Of a stretch of 64,000 nt of DNA, positions 55,468 to 64,000 are shown one piece after another; the stretch's first letter is position 1; each line of letters starts with the position of its first letter. The notes under the pieces were generated by a model. That model searched no databases and was not told where the DNA came from. It was given only the letters and a program-made list of their open reading frames with translations. A program made the position numbers and the translations under genes. Origin of the DNA: Cenarchaeum sp. (GTDB taxonomy: Archaea; Thermoproteota; Nitrososphaeria; Nitrososphaerales; Nitrosopumilaceae); contig OZ243037.1 in the NCBI GenBank assembly GCA_965212015.1, positions 160,001 through 224,000 of the forward strand, given 5' to 3'.

Positions 55468-56868
55468 ATGAATAAGCGTATTAGTATGCTATTTACCATT
55501 GCTGCAGTCGCAGTGATGGGAGCTACGCTATTTGGAAGCACATACACGCAGACCCAAATCGTAGGTGAATCATCAGAGGTCTCCATTCAGGACGCCGACT
55601 TGATGCAACAGATCCACGATATGGGTGGTTTGCAGCTTGTAATGCCGCAGGCATTCGCAGAGACCGACTGTGGCGCGCTCGAATCCTCGGGACGCACCGT
55701 ACACGACTTTCAGCTGACAGGTGAAAGCGTCGAGATGCCCATAATGGGCGGAAAGACGTATCAGGCAATGTCCTTTAGCCAGCAAATCCCCGGGCCCACA
55801 CTTAGGGTGACTCAGGGTGATGTTGTAAAAATGACACTGACGATTCCAGCTACAGAGCCGGTAGGTCACGGCAACGACATGCACGCATCACAAATCTCGT
55901 CTGGCGCGTTTGAATCAGTCAATCCCGGAGAAACCAGCGTTTACTGCTATATTGCAGAATCCGCAGGCGTCTTCAAGTACCACTGTTCTGGCGTACACCT
56001 GGTGGGAATGGATCAGCATGTACTCTCTGGAATGTACGGAATTGCCATAGTTGATCCCGCCAACGGTTACAAAAAACTGATGGTGGAAAAGACAAGCGGA
56101 AGCGGGGAATTGGACAACAAGATCTATTCTGCCGACGCGCTGGAGTTTCAACTGCAGTACTCACAGCTGTTCCTGACTGACGAGGGATACTATGACGCAG
56201 GGGCAATGTTCAAGCATGACCAGGCACAGACGACGATAAACGGACAGGCGTTCGGCTATGTACCAAACGGCGTCCACAATGCCATAATCAAGGGCGATGC
56301 AAACAAGAATATTTTTGTCGCACAGCCGTGGAACGGGCTTGATCTCAAGCAGTTCCAGTCACAGCTGCTCTTTGTCGAAAACGACCAGCACGTGAGGCTC
56401 TTTGTTGAAAATCAGGCCAACGAACCCGTGTTCTTTCACATTGTCGGGGAAATCCTTGACAGGGTGACGCAGGGCAACAGGGTACAGTCGGCGGCAACTG
56501 AGACATGGCTTCTTGGCGGTTCACAAAACATGATAGTAGACGTTGTATTTGACGAGCCGGGAACCTATGCGGCGGTAAACCACGACTATGGCGCAATCTA
56601 TACGGGAGCGGCGACAGTCTTTGTTGCAGGCGATCCGTTTGGATTGAATCCAAGATTGGTGGATGCCGGCATTATAGATGCGGCCGTACCGTCATATGCG
56701 CACGTCCTAGGCAACCCTAGTGACGCAGTTCCGCCAACGGGACTCAACAGCATTGCGCATCCGGCAGTAAACGTACACGGCATGTATACTGACAAAGTAG
56801 CTCAAGACAAAATAAATGAAGGGGCACTCCCGTTGTGGGAGATTGTTCCTACCCTGCCTCCATTTTAG
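55468..56868 (+). CDS. nirK: Copper-containing nitrite reductase, thaumarchaeal type
   Basis: Signal/TM, PGPTLRV, HGNDMH, YHC...HVLSGMYG, FHIVGE, NHD. Confidence 0.92.
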   Translation: MNKRISMLFTIAAVAVMGATLFGSTYTQTQIVGESSEVSIQDADLMQQIHDMGGLQLVMPQAFAETDCGALESSGRTVHDFQLTGESVEMPIMGGKTYQAMSFSQQIPGPTLRVTQGDVVKMTLTIPATEPVGHGNDMHASQISSGAFESVNPGETSVYCYIAESAGVFKYHCSGVHLVGMDQHVLSGMYGIAIVDPANGYKKLMVEKTSGSGELDNKIYSADALEFQLQYSQLFLTDEGYYDAGAMFKHDQAQTTINGQAFGYVPNGVHNAIIKGDANKNIFVAQPWNGLDLKQFQSQLLFVENDQHVRLFVENQANEPVFFHIVGEILDRVTQGNRVQSAATETWLLGGSQNMIVDVVFDEPGTYAAVNHDYGAIYTGAATVFVAGDPFGLNPRLVDAGIIDAAVPSYAHVLGNPSDAVPPTGLNSIAHPAVNVHGMYTDKVAQDKINEGALPLWEIVPTLPPF

Positions 56869-56875
56869 GCACTCA

Positions 56876-56889
56876 TTTTTTTTTAAATA
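56876..56889 (+). terminator. U-tract terminator of nirK overlapping the probable TATA box of serA
   Basis: T9 run 7 nt after the stop, continuing as TTTAAATA about 20-27 nt before ATG 56909. Confidence 0.5.
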
Positions 56890-56908
56890 TCAATGAATTA
56901 TATTCCGT

Positions 56909-57859
56909 ATGTCCACTCACACCGGCATGGGCTTTGATGAATCCGTGCTGATATGCGACGAGGTGGATCCGGTACTCAACAAGATACTTGCAGACAACGG
57001 CCTTGGGGTGACCTACGAGCCGGCAATCACGCCGCAGCAGCTTCAGGAGCGGATCGGCCGGTTTGAGATAATCATAGTGCGCAGCAGGACAAAGCTTACA
57101 GCCGAGATGATCAAAATGGCCGGCAGGTGCAAAATCATAGCGCGCGTGGGGGTGGGCCTTGACAATATCGATCTTGACGCCGCAAAGGCCAAAGACATAC
57201 GCGTAATTAACGCAGCAGAGGGCGCAATGACTGCGGTGGCAGAGCTTGTCCTGGGCTTCATGCTGGGACTTGCAAGACAGATTCCGCGCGCAGACAGGGG
57301 AATCCGAAACGGGCAGTGGCTCAAAAAACAGCTAAAGGGAACGGAGCTAAAGGGCAAGTACCTGGGAATAGTGGGCCTTGGAAACATCGGCAAGCGCCTG
57401 GGAAGGCTTGCCCGGGGGCTGCACATGAACGTAATAGGGTACGACGTGGTGCCAATCGACGAGGAATTCTCAAGGGAGGTCGGGCTGATGAAGGCAGATC
57501 TTGACACCCTGCTGAAAAGCTCGGACTATATATCGCTGCACGTGCCGCTGCTGGACTCTACACACCACATGATAAACGCAGACAAGCTCTCAATCATGAA
57601 GCCCACTGCCAGGATAATCAACACGTCGCGCGGCGGCGTAATAGACGAGGATGCGCTTTATGACGCGATAAAAAACGGCCGCCTAGGGGGCGCGGCACTG
57701 GACGTCTTTGAGTCCGAGCCTGCCACGGCCAACAAGCTAGCAGAGCTCGACGAGGTGATTCTGACCCCGCACATGGGGGCCATGACTGCCGAGGCGCAGT
57801 CGCTGGCTGCAAACGTGACGGCAGAAAAGATTGTCCAGATTCTCAGAGGCGTCATTTAG
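56909..57859 (+). CDS. serA: D-3-phosphoglycerate dehydrogenase (no ACT domain)
   Basis: VRSRT, GVGLDNID, GLGNIG, NTSRG, DVFESEP, TPH. Confidence 0.88.
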   Translation: MSTHTGMGFDESVLICDEVDPVLNKILADNGLGVTYEPAITPQQLQERIGRFEIIIVRSRTKLTAEMIKMAGRCKIIARVGVGLDNIDLDAAKAKDIRVINAAEGAMTAVAELVLGFMLGLARQIPRADRGIRNGQWLKKQLKGTELKGKYLGIVGLGNIGKRLGRLARGLHMNVIGYDVVPIDEEFSREVGLMKADLDTLLKSSDYISLHVPLLDSTHHMINADKLSIMKPTARIINTSRGGVIDEDALYDAIKNGRLGGAALDVFESEPATANKLAELDEVILTPHMGAMTAEAQSLAANVTAEKIVQILRGVI

Positions 57860-57945
57860 GCCAAAATCCCCAAAAATTGACTGATTCGTGACAGCTTTTC
57901 ATCCTAGTGCTTTTAAGGGAGTGCCACAGAATCAATTCAACATTG

Positions 57946-58728
57946 ATGAGAAAACTTGGATGGATTGCCGCACTGGCGCTGGTTTTGGCCCCGTCGACGG
58001 CCTTTGCGGTACCGGAGACGATCGAAGTTGATCTTGACGGCACGACAGTACAGGTGGACTATGACGCAACGGGGCTTGCCGTATCGGACATTGATGTGAA
58101 TACGACTGAAAACCTGCTGACGATCTCCATTGACGTTACCGGCTCGCCGGGAATACTAGAGATTACATTTGATAGGATATTTTTCGACTCAGTCTATGAC
58201 GGGACTGACGAGGAGTTTATAATAATTGCAGAGGGAGACGAGCCCAGATCCGAGGAGATAACGACTAGCGACGAGAGCAGGACGCTTAGAATCGAGCTGC
58301 CAACCGGCACAGAAGAGCTTGAAATTTTCGGCACCTCGTTTGGCGGCAGTACTGACGATTCTGACGCAGAACGGGAAGCAGAAGAGCAGGCCGCAGCCGA
58401 TCTGGCAGAGGCAGAACAGCTAGAGGCAGAGCAGGCCGCAGCCGATCTGGCAGAGGCAGAACGGCTAGAGGCAGAGCAGGCGGCAGCCGATCTGGCAGCG
58501 GCCGAGGCGGCACAACAAGAGGCGGCTGATCTGGCAGGCGCCGAGGAGCCCGAGCTCTCCGATCCATGCGGGCCCGGAACGGTCCTCGAGGACGGAGAGT
58601 GCGTACTAAAAGAGCCTGCAGCAAAGCCAGTCGGGAGCGGAAAGGACCTGATATTTGGCGCCGCAGCCGGGTTTATAATCGCCATAATCGTGGTGCTGGT
58701 CCTCTGGGCAATCCGCAAATCAAGCTAG
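57946..58728 (+). CDS. Secreted, C-terminally anchored surface protein with acidic repeat stalk
   Basis: Signal peptide AFA; beta domain; EQAAADLAEAE.LEA repeats; CGPGTVLEDGECV; C-terminal TM. Confidence 0.85.
   Translation: MRKLGWIAALALVLAPSTAFAVPETIEVDLDGTTVQVDYDATGLAVSDIDVNTTENLLTISIDVTGSPGILEITFDRIFFDSVYDGTDEEFIIIAEGDEPRSEEITTSDESRTLRIELPTGTEELEIFGTSFGGSTDDSDAEREAEEQAAADLAEAEQLEAEQAAADLAEAERLEAEQAAADLAAAEAAQQEAADLAGAEEPELSDPCGPGTVLEDGECVLKEPAAKPVGSGKDLIFGAAAGFIIAIIVVLVLWAIRKSS
58384..58500 (+). repeat. 45-nt intragenic tandem repeat (~2.6 copies)
   Basis: Units start at 58384, 58429 and 58474. Confidence 0.88.
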
Positions 58729-59240
58729 GGCCCGCAGTCGCCGGCGTTTACAAGACTGTAATAGTCGTACGCCGGATGTTCTTTTGTCACGGAATACGGG
58801 ATTACGCCGAGTATCGAGGTCTTGACGTCCGTCCTTACAAGCATCATGCCGGGATCCAGCCTGGCCGGCACGTCGCCGGAGAACTGCCCGTCCATGTGCA
58901 AAAAAATATACTGTGACTCTGCGTACGACTCTGAGCGAAAGGTGCCGTTTAGGATTGAGGATGCGTATGGCGCAAGTGCGCCGGAGGCAAAGCTGTACGT
59001 GCCTTTTTCGTCGCCCTGGTATAGCACGGTAATGTCCAGTCCGGACATGCTCACATAAAACGGCGACGCGTTGCAGACTGCGATTGCCCGGCCGTTGCTG
59101 GCCTCAAAAAAGCTAAACGCCCCGCCGTCTGGGGGGCCGACCCGGAGATCCTCTAGTGCCGTAATGTTCCATGCGGAATATGCAAAAAATACGGCGATAA
59201 TGCACGATGACGCGGCCACTATTACGGTATGTCTGTCCAA
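58725..59240 (-). CDS. Hypothetical membrane-anchored Ig/LEA-like protein
   Basis: N-terminal TM then beta-rich domain; start placed at TTG 59240. Confidence 0.7.
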   Translation of the reverse strand: MDRHTVIVAASSCIIAVFFAYSAWNITALEDLRVGPPDGGAFSFFEASNGRAIAVCNASPFYVSMSGLDITVLYQGDEKGTYSFASGALAPYASSILNGTFRSESYAESQYIFLHMDGQFSGDVPARLDPGMMLVRTDVKTSILGVIPYSVTKEHPAYDYYSLVNAGDCGP

Positions 59241-59242
59241 CT

Positions 59243-59839
59243 TTATACCGTAATCACGCCTGACCGGATTAAAAACTGGATGTTTCCTGCAAACTCGTCG
59301 TCGGTGACATGGCCCTGTACCCACCATTCCGCGCTGGCCTTTACCCACGGCGGGATGGCAGTCTCTGCGGCACCATGGGGGGCGTCTATCATGCCGTTTT
59401 GAATCATGAACACTATGGCGCCTGCAAACGCCTCGTCGGCAATCACGCCGCTTGTCCACAGCCTGCCGACGTCCTTTATCCACACCGGTATGACAGTGCG
59501 TCCCGAATCCCCGAGATAAAACCACGTCTCTGCCTCGGCGCCGTCGTACTGTACACTTATGGTGTATCTTCCCGTGGGGTACACCTGCGACTCGAACGGA
59601 AACGGCGAGACCAGGGTGGTGTTCTTTTGCGCTATGGCCATGATGATGGGCGAGCTGCCTTTTCCATACATGTCAGTAATGTATAGGGTTGCAGTATCGC
59701 CGCCCACATGCGGCACGATTATTTCAAGTGACAGGTAATCCCCGTAATAGTATGTCTCTTGCTCTGTGCTAATCAAAAGATCCTGCTGTGCAAGTGCCGG
59801 TGCGGCGCACAGCGCAACCAGGACTCCGGCAAGCGCCAT
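59243..59839 (-). CDS. Secreted protein with C-terminal IPxW(I/V)K repeats
   Basis: Signal peptide ALA; IPVWIK...W..G.I.D..F and IPPWVK...WW..G...DDEF. Confidence 0.82.
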   Translation of the reverse strand: MALAGVLVALCAAPALAQQDLLISTEQETYYYGDYLSLEIIVPHVGGDTATLYITDMYGKGSSPIIMAIAQKNTTLVSPFPFESQVYPTGRYTISVQYDGAEAETWFYLGDSGRTVIPVWIKDVGRLWTSGVIADEAFAGAIVFMIQNGMIDAPHGAAETAIPPWVKASAEWWVQGHVTDDEFAGNIQFLIRSGVITV

Positions 59840-60034
59840 TTTGTACAACGGGTGGACTGCGGGCATGCCCAATAAATATCCCAAAACCCCCTCCTTTGGG
59901 GATTCAGTGCAGACGGGCCGGCAGAAAGACAGGCGGCCATCCGGTGCCTGCGGATTCAAACGTCCCTCGTAAACCCAACCGATTGCGCAAAAAGATACGT
60001 TTCAGATATTAAGGGGGTTTTGTCTCCTGTCGAT

Positions 60035-60493
60035 ATGTCCAGCCATCAGGATCAGACTTGGCTCAAGCTATGGAAGAGCAACTCTTTTGACGCCCGCGAG
60101 AGGATAATCGCGTGGAGAAAGGAGGATGCCATAACCAGGATAGACAGGCCAAGCCGAATCCAGAGGGCAAGAAGGCTCGGCTACAAGGCAAAGCAGGGAA
60201 TCGTCGTAATCCGAATGCGCGTGGGAACAGGCGGCATGAGAAGGCAGCGCCCCAGGGGTGGCAGGAGGCCAAAACATCTTGGCGTCACCCGGATAAAGGC
60301 CGATTACAGCATGAAGCAGGTCGCCGAGCACAGGGTGCTAGAACGGCACCCAAACATGAAGCTTTTGGGATCGTACTTTGTCTACAAGGACGGCGCACAC
60401 TATTGGTTTGAGGTTATACTGGCAGATCCTCAGCATCCGAGGATTGCAAAGGACAAGGAACTGCGCAACAGGGTGCTTGTAGGTATAGCATAA
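60035..60493 (+). CDS. rpl15e: 50S ribosomal protein eL15
   Basis: RARRLGYKAKQG, RRPK, SY.V..DG...WFEVILADP. Confidence 0.95.
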   Translation: MSSHQDQTWLKLWKSNSFDARERIIAWRKEDAITRIDRPSRIQRARRLGYKAKQGIVVIRMRVGTGGMRRQRPRGGRRPKHLGVTRIKADYSMKQVAEHRVLERHPNMKLLGSYFVYKDGAHYWFEVILADPQHPRIAKDKELRNRVLVGIA

Positions 60494-60497
60494 ATTG

Positions 60498-60986
60498 ATG
60501 GCGCTAGCGGGACTGTTGCTGCTGGCAGCCATTCCCGCATACGGGTTTGAGAATCCCGGACTAAAGCAGACGCTCGGCGTCGATGCCGGCGGATACGAGT
60601 TTGTCGTGGACACGGTTTCAAACTTTGATATAACTGCGCACGAGTTTGACCCGGACAAAAAGACGCTTACATTTTTTATCAGCAGCACCATACGGGATAA
60701 CCTCTCGGAGGTTACGATTCCATCCGATCTGATCGGGGGAAATTTCACGTTTTATCTTGACGGCGAGGAGATATTTCCGAGGGTGGTGGGCAGCCCCACT
60801 GCGTCGCTTGTGATAGTCGAGTTTGAGGGCACCGGCGCCCACAGGCTAGACATAATCGGGACCACGTACCTGCCGGAATTCTCAGAGATTGCAGTGCTCG
60901 TGCTGGCATCGTCCATGATCGGACTGGTGCTGCTAAAGCGACTCAAGCTGCCTATGTTGCATCCCGGCCCTCCGAATAGCAGTTAA
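60498..60986 (+). CDS. PEF(G)-CTERM-sorted surface protein
   Basis: Signal peptide AYG; IP..LIGG.F; IIGTTYLPEF followed by TM and basic residues. Confidence 0.85.
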   Translation: MALAGLLLLAAIPAYGFENPGLKQTLGVDAGGYEFVVDTVSNFDITAHEFDPDKKTLTFFISSTIRDNLSEVTIPSDLIGGNFTFYLDGEEIFPRVVGSPTASLVIVEFEGTGAHRLDIIGTTYLPEFSEIAVLVLASSMIGLVLLKRLKLPMLHPGPPNSS

Positions 60987-62001
60987 AGGCGTCTGCCGCA
61001 TCGTTGCGCTCGTCTAGCAGCGCATTGTATTCGTCGACGTTTTCATTGATCTCCTGTTGCAGGTCCAGCATTTTATAGTACAGCGCGCTTGCCTCCGCGT
61101 ATACAAAATCGTCATAAAACACGTCGGGATATTCTGAGAACTTGTCGTTCATGGCGTCGTACTTTTCCCTCCCCTCGTCTATTATGACAAGCAGATCCTC
61201 GAGCTCCGAATCAATCGCGGCTATCTTGCCGTGAAGCTTTGCCTGTCCTGCAAATATGTTTGCGTCTGCCTGGCGCGCGGGCATTACATAGCCCATCTCG
61301 TCAAATAGCGCGGGATCCGTGCCGTTTGCGCCGTACATCAGGTGGTCCTCATCGGAGGTGTGCTCGAGGCCCAGGTGGTGTCCTATCTCGTGCGTGATAA
61401 TGTCCCGGATCGTGTCGTCTGAATGAATCACGTAAAAGCCGTTGCAGTCAAAGTCGCCCAGTATGTAGTGGATTTCTGCGTCCGGATGCTTGTAGTATCC
61501 GGAATGGCTGCCCAGCTTTTCATAAACCTCCTCGTTTTGGGACTCGTCGGAGAATATCATCAGCGTAGAGTCACGTATGCTGTATACGCGCTCAAACTCA
61601 AAGTCCGGGTTTGACTGCCGCCACGCAACAAACGCATTGTGTATCTCCTCCTGGTGCCGAAGTGCAGTAGAGTCCACATGGTATCTTGTTGCGGTGCCAG
61701 AGTGGGAGCCCTGGCCCGGATTCGTTTCGGGAGCCAGCACCGGCTCGCTTATGTCTGGTATGGGCGATATCGTGTGTGAAAATGTCGCAATCAGGCGCCA
61801 TCCGCGCTCCTCCAGCCTTGCGGCGGTATCAGGATAGACGCATGCGGGTTTTTTGCCGGCTGATTCCACCAGGGTCTTGCCTGCAATGCACTGTATCTCG
61901 TGTATGGGCACCCCGGAGTCAAACTGCTCTTGCGGCGTGGTCAGTGCGTGCACCTGCATGAATGATATTGCCACCAGGGACAGCAAAAGCAGGTAAAGCA
62001 T
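60952..62001 (-). CDS. Secreted matrixin-like (metzincin) metalloprotease with C-terminal coiled coil
   Basis: HEIGHHLGLEH plus Met-turn LMY; signal peptide; N-terminal C...PACV.P.TA..L.ERGW module. Confidence 0.9.
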   Translation of the reverse strand: MLYLLLLSLVAISFMQVHALTTPQEQFDSGVPIHEIQCIAGKTLVESAGKKPACVYPDTAARLEERGWRLIATFSHTISPIPDISEPVLAPETNPGQGSHSGTATRYHVDSTALRHQEEIHNAFVAWRQSNPDFEFERVYSIRDSTLMIFSDESQNEEVYEKLGSHSGYYKHPDAEIHYILGDFDCNGFYVIHSDDTIRDIITHEIGHHLGLEHTSDEDHLMYGANGTDPALFDEMGYVMPARQADANIFAGQAKLHGKIAAIDSELEDLLVIIDEGREKYDAMNDKFSEYPDVFYDDFVYAEASALYYKMLDLQQEINENVDEYNALLDERNDAADAFNCYSEGRDAT

Positions 62002-62195
62002 TTGCCTATACTATGGCAGTTAAAACTAATAAACTGATCACGGGATTGCGCGCAAAGACAGGATCGCATTATAAGACGCGAATCGACGCAGCCGCAGCTC
62101 GGACATTTGAGAAATGATCATTGCAGAATCGTTCCCTGGCCGGCACGGCCAAAAAAGTGCAAAACAGTAATATTCAAACCAGAAAAACCATAGAC

Positions 62196-62387
62196 ATGTC
62201 TCTGGCAAAAATTCACGGGGCGTTTCTTGGCCTGTCTGTTCTCGGAGTCGTAATACTGGCAATAGGGGTCACAATCAACAATGACTCTTACTGGTTTGCG
62301 GCAAACATTGCAATGGGGGGCATATTTGCCTCCAGCGCGGCAGTCTTTTATGCCACCATGCGCAAAAGTCGGCCAGGCCTGGACTAG
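62196..62387 (+). CDS. Small two-TM membrane protein
   Basis: ATG 62196; two hydrophobic helices. Confidence 0.6.
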   Translation: MSLAKIHGAFLGLSVLGVVILAIGVTINNDSYWFAANIAMGGIFASSAAVFYATMRKSRPGLD

Positions 62388-62549
62388 GGCGTTATTCCGG
62401 GCTGTGGTCTTGGAAAACAGCCCTGTCTGCTGTAGGATTCCATTGGGGATGAACTAGCAGATGATGCCCGGCAAGGATCACATAAATAGTGCGACAGGCA
62501 CAGTTTATGTCATGCTTGGATCTGCATTATCCGAATCCCCCCCCTAGCT

Positions 62550-64000
62550 TTGAAGCACTGGGCATACGCAGTCCTTGCGATCGGAATACTGACACTGTCA
62601 ATTGGTGCGGCACATGCCGCGTCTGATGATTCCCCGCCAGCAATACTAAACACGATTCAAAACTTTGAGATTTCAACGGGTGATACGGCAAAGCTGTACC
62701 TTCACACAAAGTTTACCGATGATGGTACAATGACGTACACTGCCGATGCGGCAGATTCCACAATAGTGTCCATTCAGACACACAAAAGCCGGGTTGCAAT
62801 GACCGGGATTGTGGAGGGCACCACGCAGGTTACCGCATGCGCCAGCGACGGCACAAACGATCCCACATGCCAGACGTTTCGGGTCAGCATACAGCCATCT
62901 GCCACGCCAATAAAAACATCAAACACGATTCAAAACTTTGAGATTTCAACGGGTGATACGGCAAAGCTGTACCTTCACACAAAGTTCTCCGGCCAGGGCA
63001 CTCTGGAATACACGGCCGATGCGGCGGATTCCACAATAGTGTCCATTCAGACAGACGGGAGCCGGGTTGCAATGACCGGGCTAAAAGCGGGCACCACGCA
63101 GGTTACCGCATGCGCCAGTAACGGTGCAGGCGAGTCGCTCTGTCAGAAATACAGGGTAACAATCACCGCAGGACTGATAATAGTGCCGCCATCGGATGTC
63201 ACCGCAGAGGCCACAGGAGTGCTGACCGTGGTGGATATCGGCACTGCAAATCATGACTCAATCCGAATTACCAATGACGCGCCGGATTCATTCCCGCTGG
63301 GCGATACCATGGTGACGTGGAGTGCAGACGGCCACGAGAGCGCGACTCAGACTGTTACTATACGGGACACGACCCCGCCCGAGTTTGACAGACTGCGCGA
63401 CATAAAGATCGGAGTGTCCCCGGAGCTGCCGCTCCTGTTCTATAATATTCCGGATGCAAGCGACCTGGCAGACGACTCTGTCGACGTATCGTGTACTCCT
63501 GCGCGTGAGACGGCAGCCACGTTTGGCACCGTCAATGTAGTATGTACTGCAACTGACGATTCTGGAAATTCCAGCACGGGATCCTTTGATGTTACAATAG
63601 TCCCGTTTGATGACGATCTCACGCCAGATACCGTGCAGCATGATCTTAATGCGCCAATCATTACGGCCCCCGACGACATAACCGCAGAGGCGACAGGCAA
63701 TCTCACAACGGTGGATATTGGCACTGCCGTCGCAAAGGATGCAGACGGCGACTTTCCCACGGTAACTAGCAATGCGCCGGATTCCTACCCTCTGGGCGAT
63801 ACTATAGTGACGTGGACTGCAACTAATAGTGACGGCTATGTCGCGCGCGTACACCAGAGAATTACCATTCAGGACACGATCCCGCCCGTCTTTGCATTCG
63901 CACATCTGCCACTGGTGACCTTTGAGCGCTCCATACAGGAGGTGATTCCCCCGCCGGTTGCGACAGATATTTTCGGCATTGATAATATAACATGCGCGTA
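62550..64000 (+). CDS. Large secreted Ig-like/HYR-repeat adhesin (partial, runs off window; not in ORF track)
   Basis: Translated by hand with no stop from 62550 to 64000: signal peptide ending AHA, two 91-aa Ig-like repeats, HYR-type modules (P.D.TAEATG, FPLG.T.VTW, DTTPP, CTATDDSGN). Confidence 0.88.
   Translation, partial: MKHWAYAVLAIGILTLSIGAAHAASDDSPPAILNTIQNFEISTGDTAKLYLHTKFTDDGTMTYTADAADSTIVSIQTHKSRVAMTGIVEGTTQVTACASDGTNDPTCQTFRVSIQPSATPIKTSNTIQNFEISTGDTAKLYLHTKFSGQGTLEYTADAADSTIVSIQTDGSRVAMTGLKAGTTQVTACASNGAGESLCQKYRVTITAGLIIVPPSDVTAEATGVLTVVDIGTANHDSIRITNDAPDSFPLGDTMVTWSADGHESATQTVTIRDTTPPEFDRLRDIKIGVSPELPLLFYNIPDASDLADDSVDVSCTPARETAATFGTVNVVCTATDDSGNSSTGSFDVTIVPFDDDLTPDTVQHDLNAPIITAPDDITAEATGNLTTVDIGTAVAKDADGDFPTVTSNAPDSYPLGDTIVTWTATNSDGYVARVHQRITIQDTIPPVFAFAHLPLVTFERSIQEVIPPPVATDIFGIDNITCA
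62648..63120 (+). repeat. 273-nt intragenic domain duplication
   Basis: Copies start at 62648 and 62921; first ~66 nt identical. Confidence 0.9.

Noticed and set aside
59882-60022. 11-bp inverted repeat CAAAACCCCCT/AGGGGGTTTTG flanking ~120 nt (MITE or invertible promoter?)
   Set aside because: Low-complexity arms, no target-site duplication or recombinase seen, and such a match is expected by chance in 64 kb
62648-63120. Template/variable repeat pair of a diversity-generating retroelement
   Set aside because: Both copies are in-frame domains of one ORF, differences are not confined to adenines, and no reverse transcriptase is in the window

Overview
Gene-dense chromosomal segment of an ammonia-oxidising archaeon (Nitrososphaerota/Thaumarchaeota, Nitrosopumilaceae-like). 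The assignment rests on a thaumarchaeal nirK, a divergent FtsZ, eS30, split metH, PEF-CTERM and PxW(V/I)K-repeat surface proteins. Core genes look GC-rich (one 60-nt spot count gave 60%), more like host-associated Cenarchaeum-type lineages than planktonic Nitrosopumilus (inference). Most of the window is housekeeping: RNA modification, pyrDK, pdxST, nadX/A/C, aconitase, fumarase, hppA, metH/metF and ribosomal proteins. An AT-richer accessory-looking block at about 22.0-33.9 kb carries a tandem pair of Cys-rich secreted paralogs, a 933-aa surface protein, a CARF-like/wHTH regulator with a palindromic operator and nurA-herA-mre11-rad50. Other notable points: a tRNA-Trp with two introns (one at 28/29, one C/D-like); rpl31e with ACG in place of its start ATG, in frame behind the rpl39e TAG; repeat expansions in TFEbeta/RPC34-like and eL31 proteins; a Grs-family radical SAM enzyme; a half-length DOHH-like protein; and a C8 tract between two upstream ATGs and a HYR/Ig-repeat adhesin (possible phase variation). 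No CRISPR array, rRNA or transposase was seen. All product calls come from recognising motifs by eye, not from database searches.
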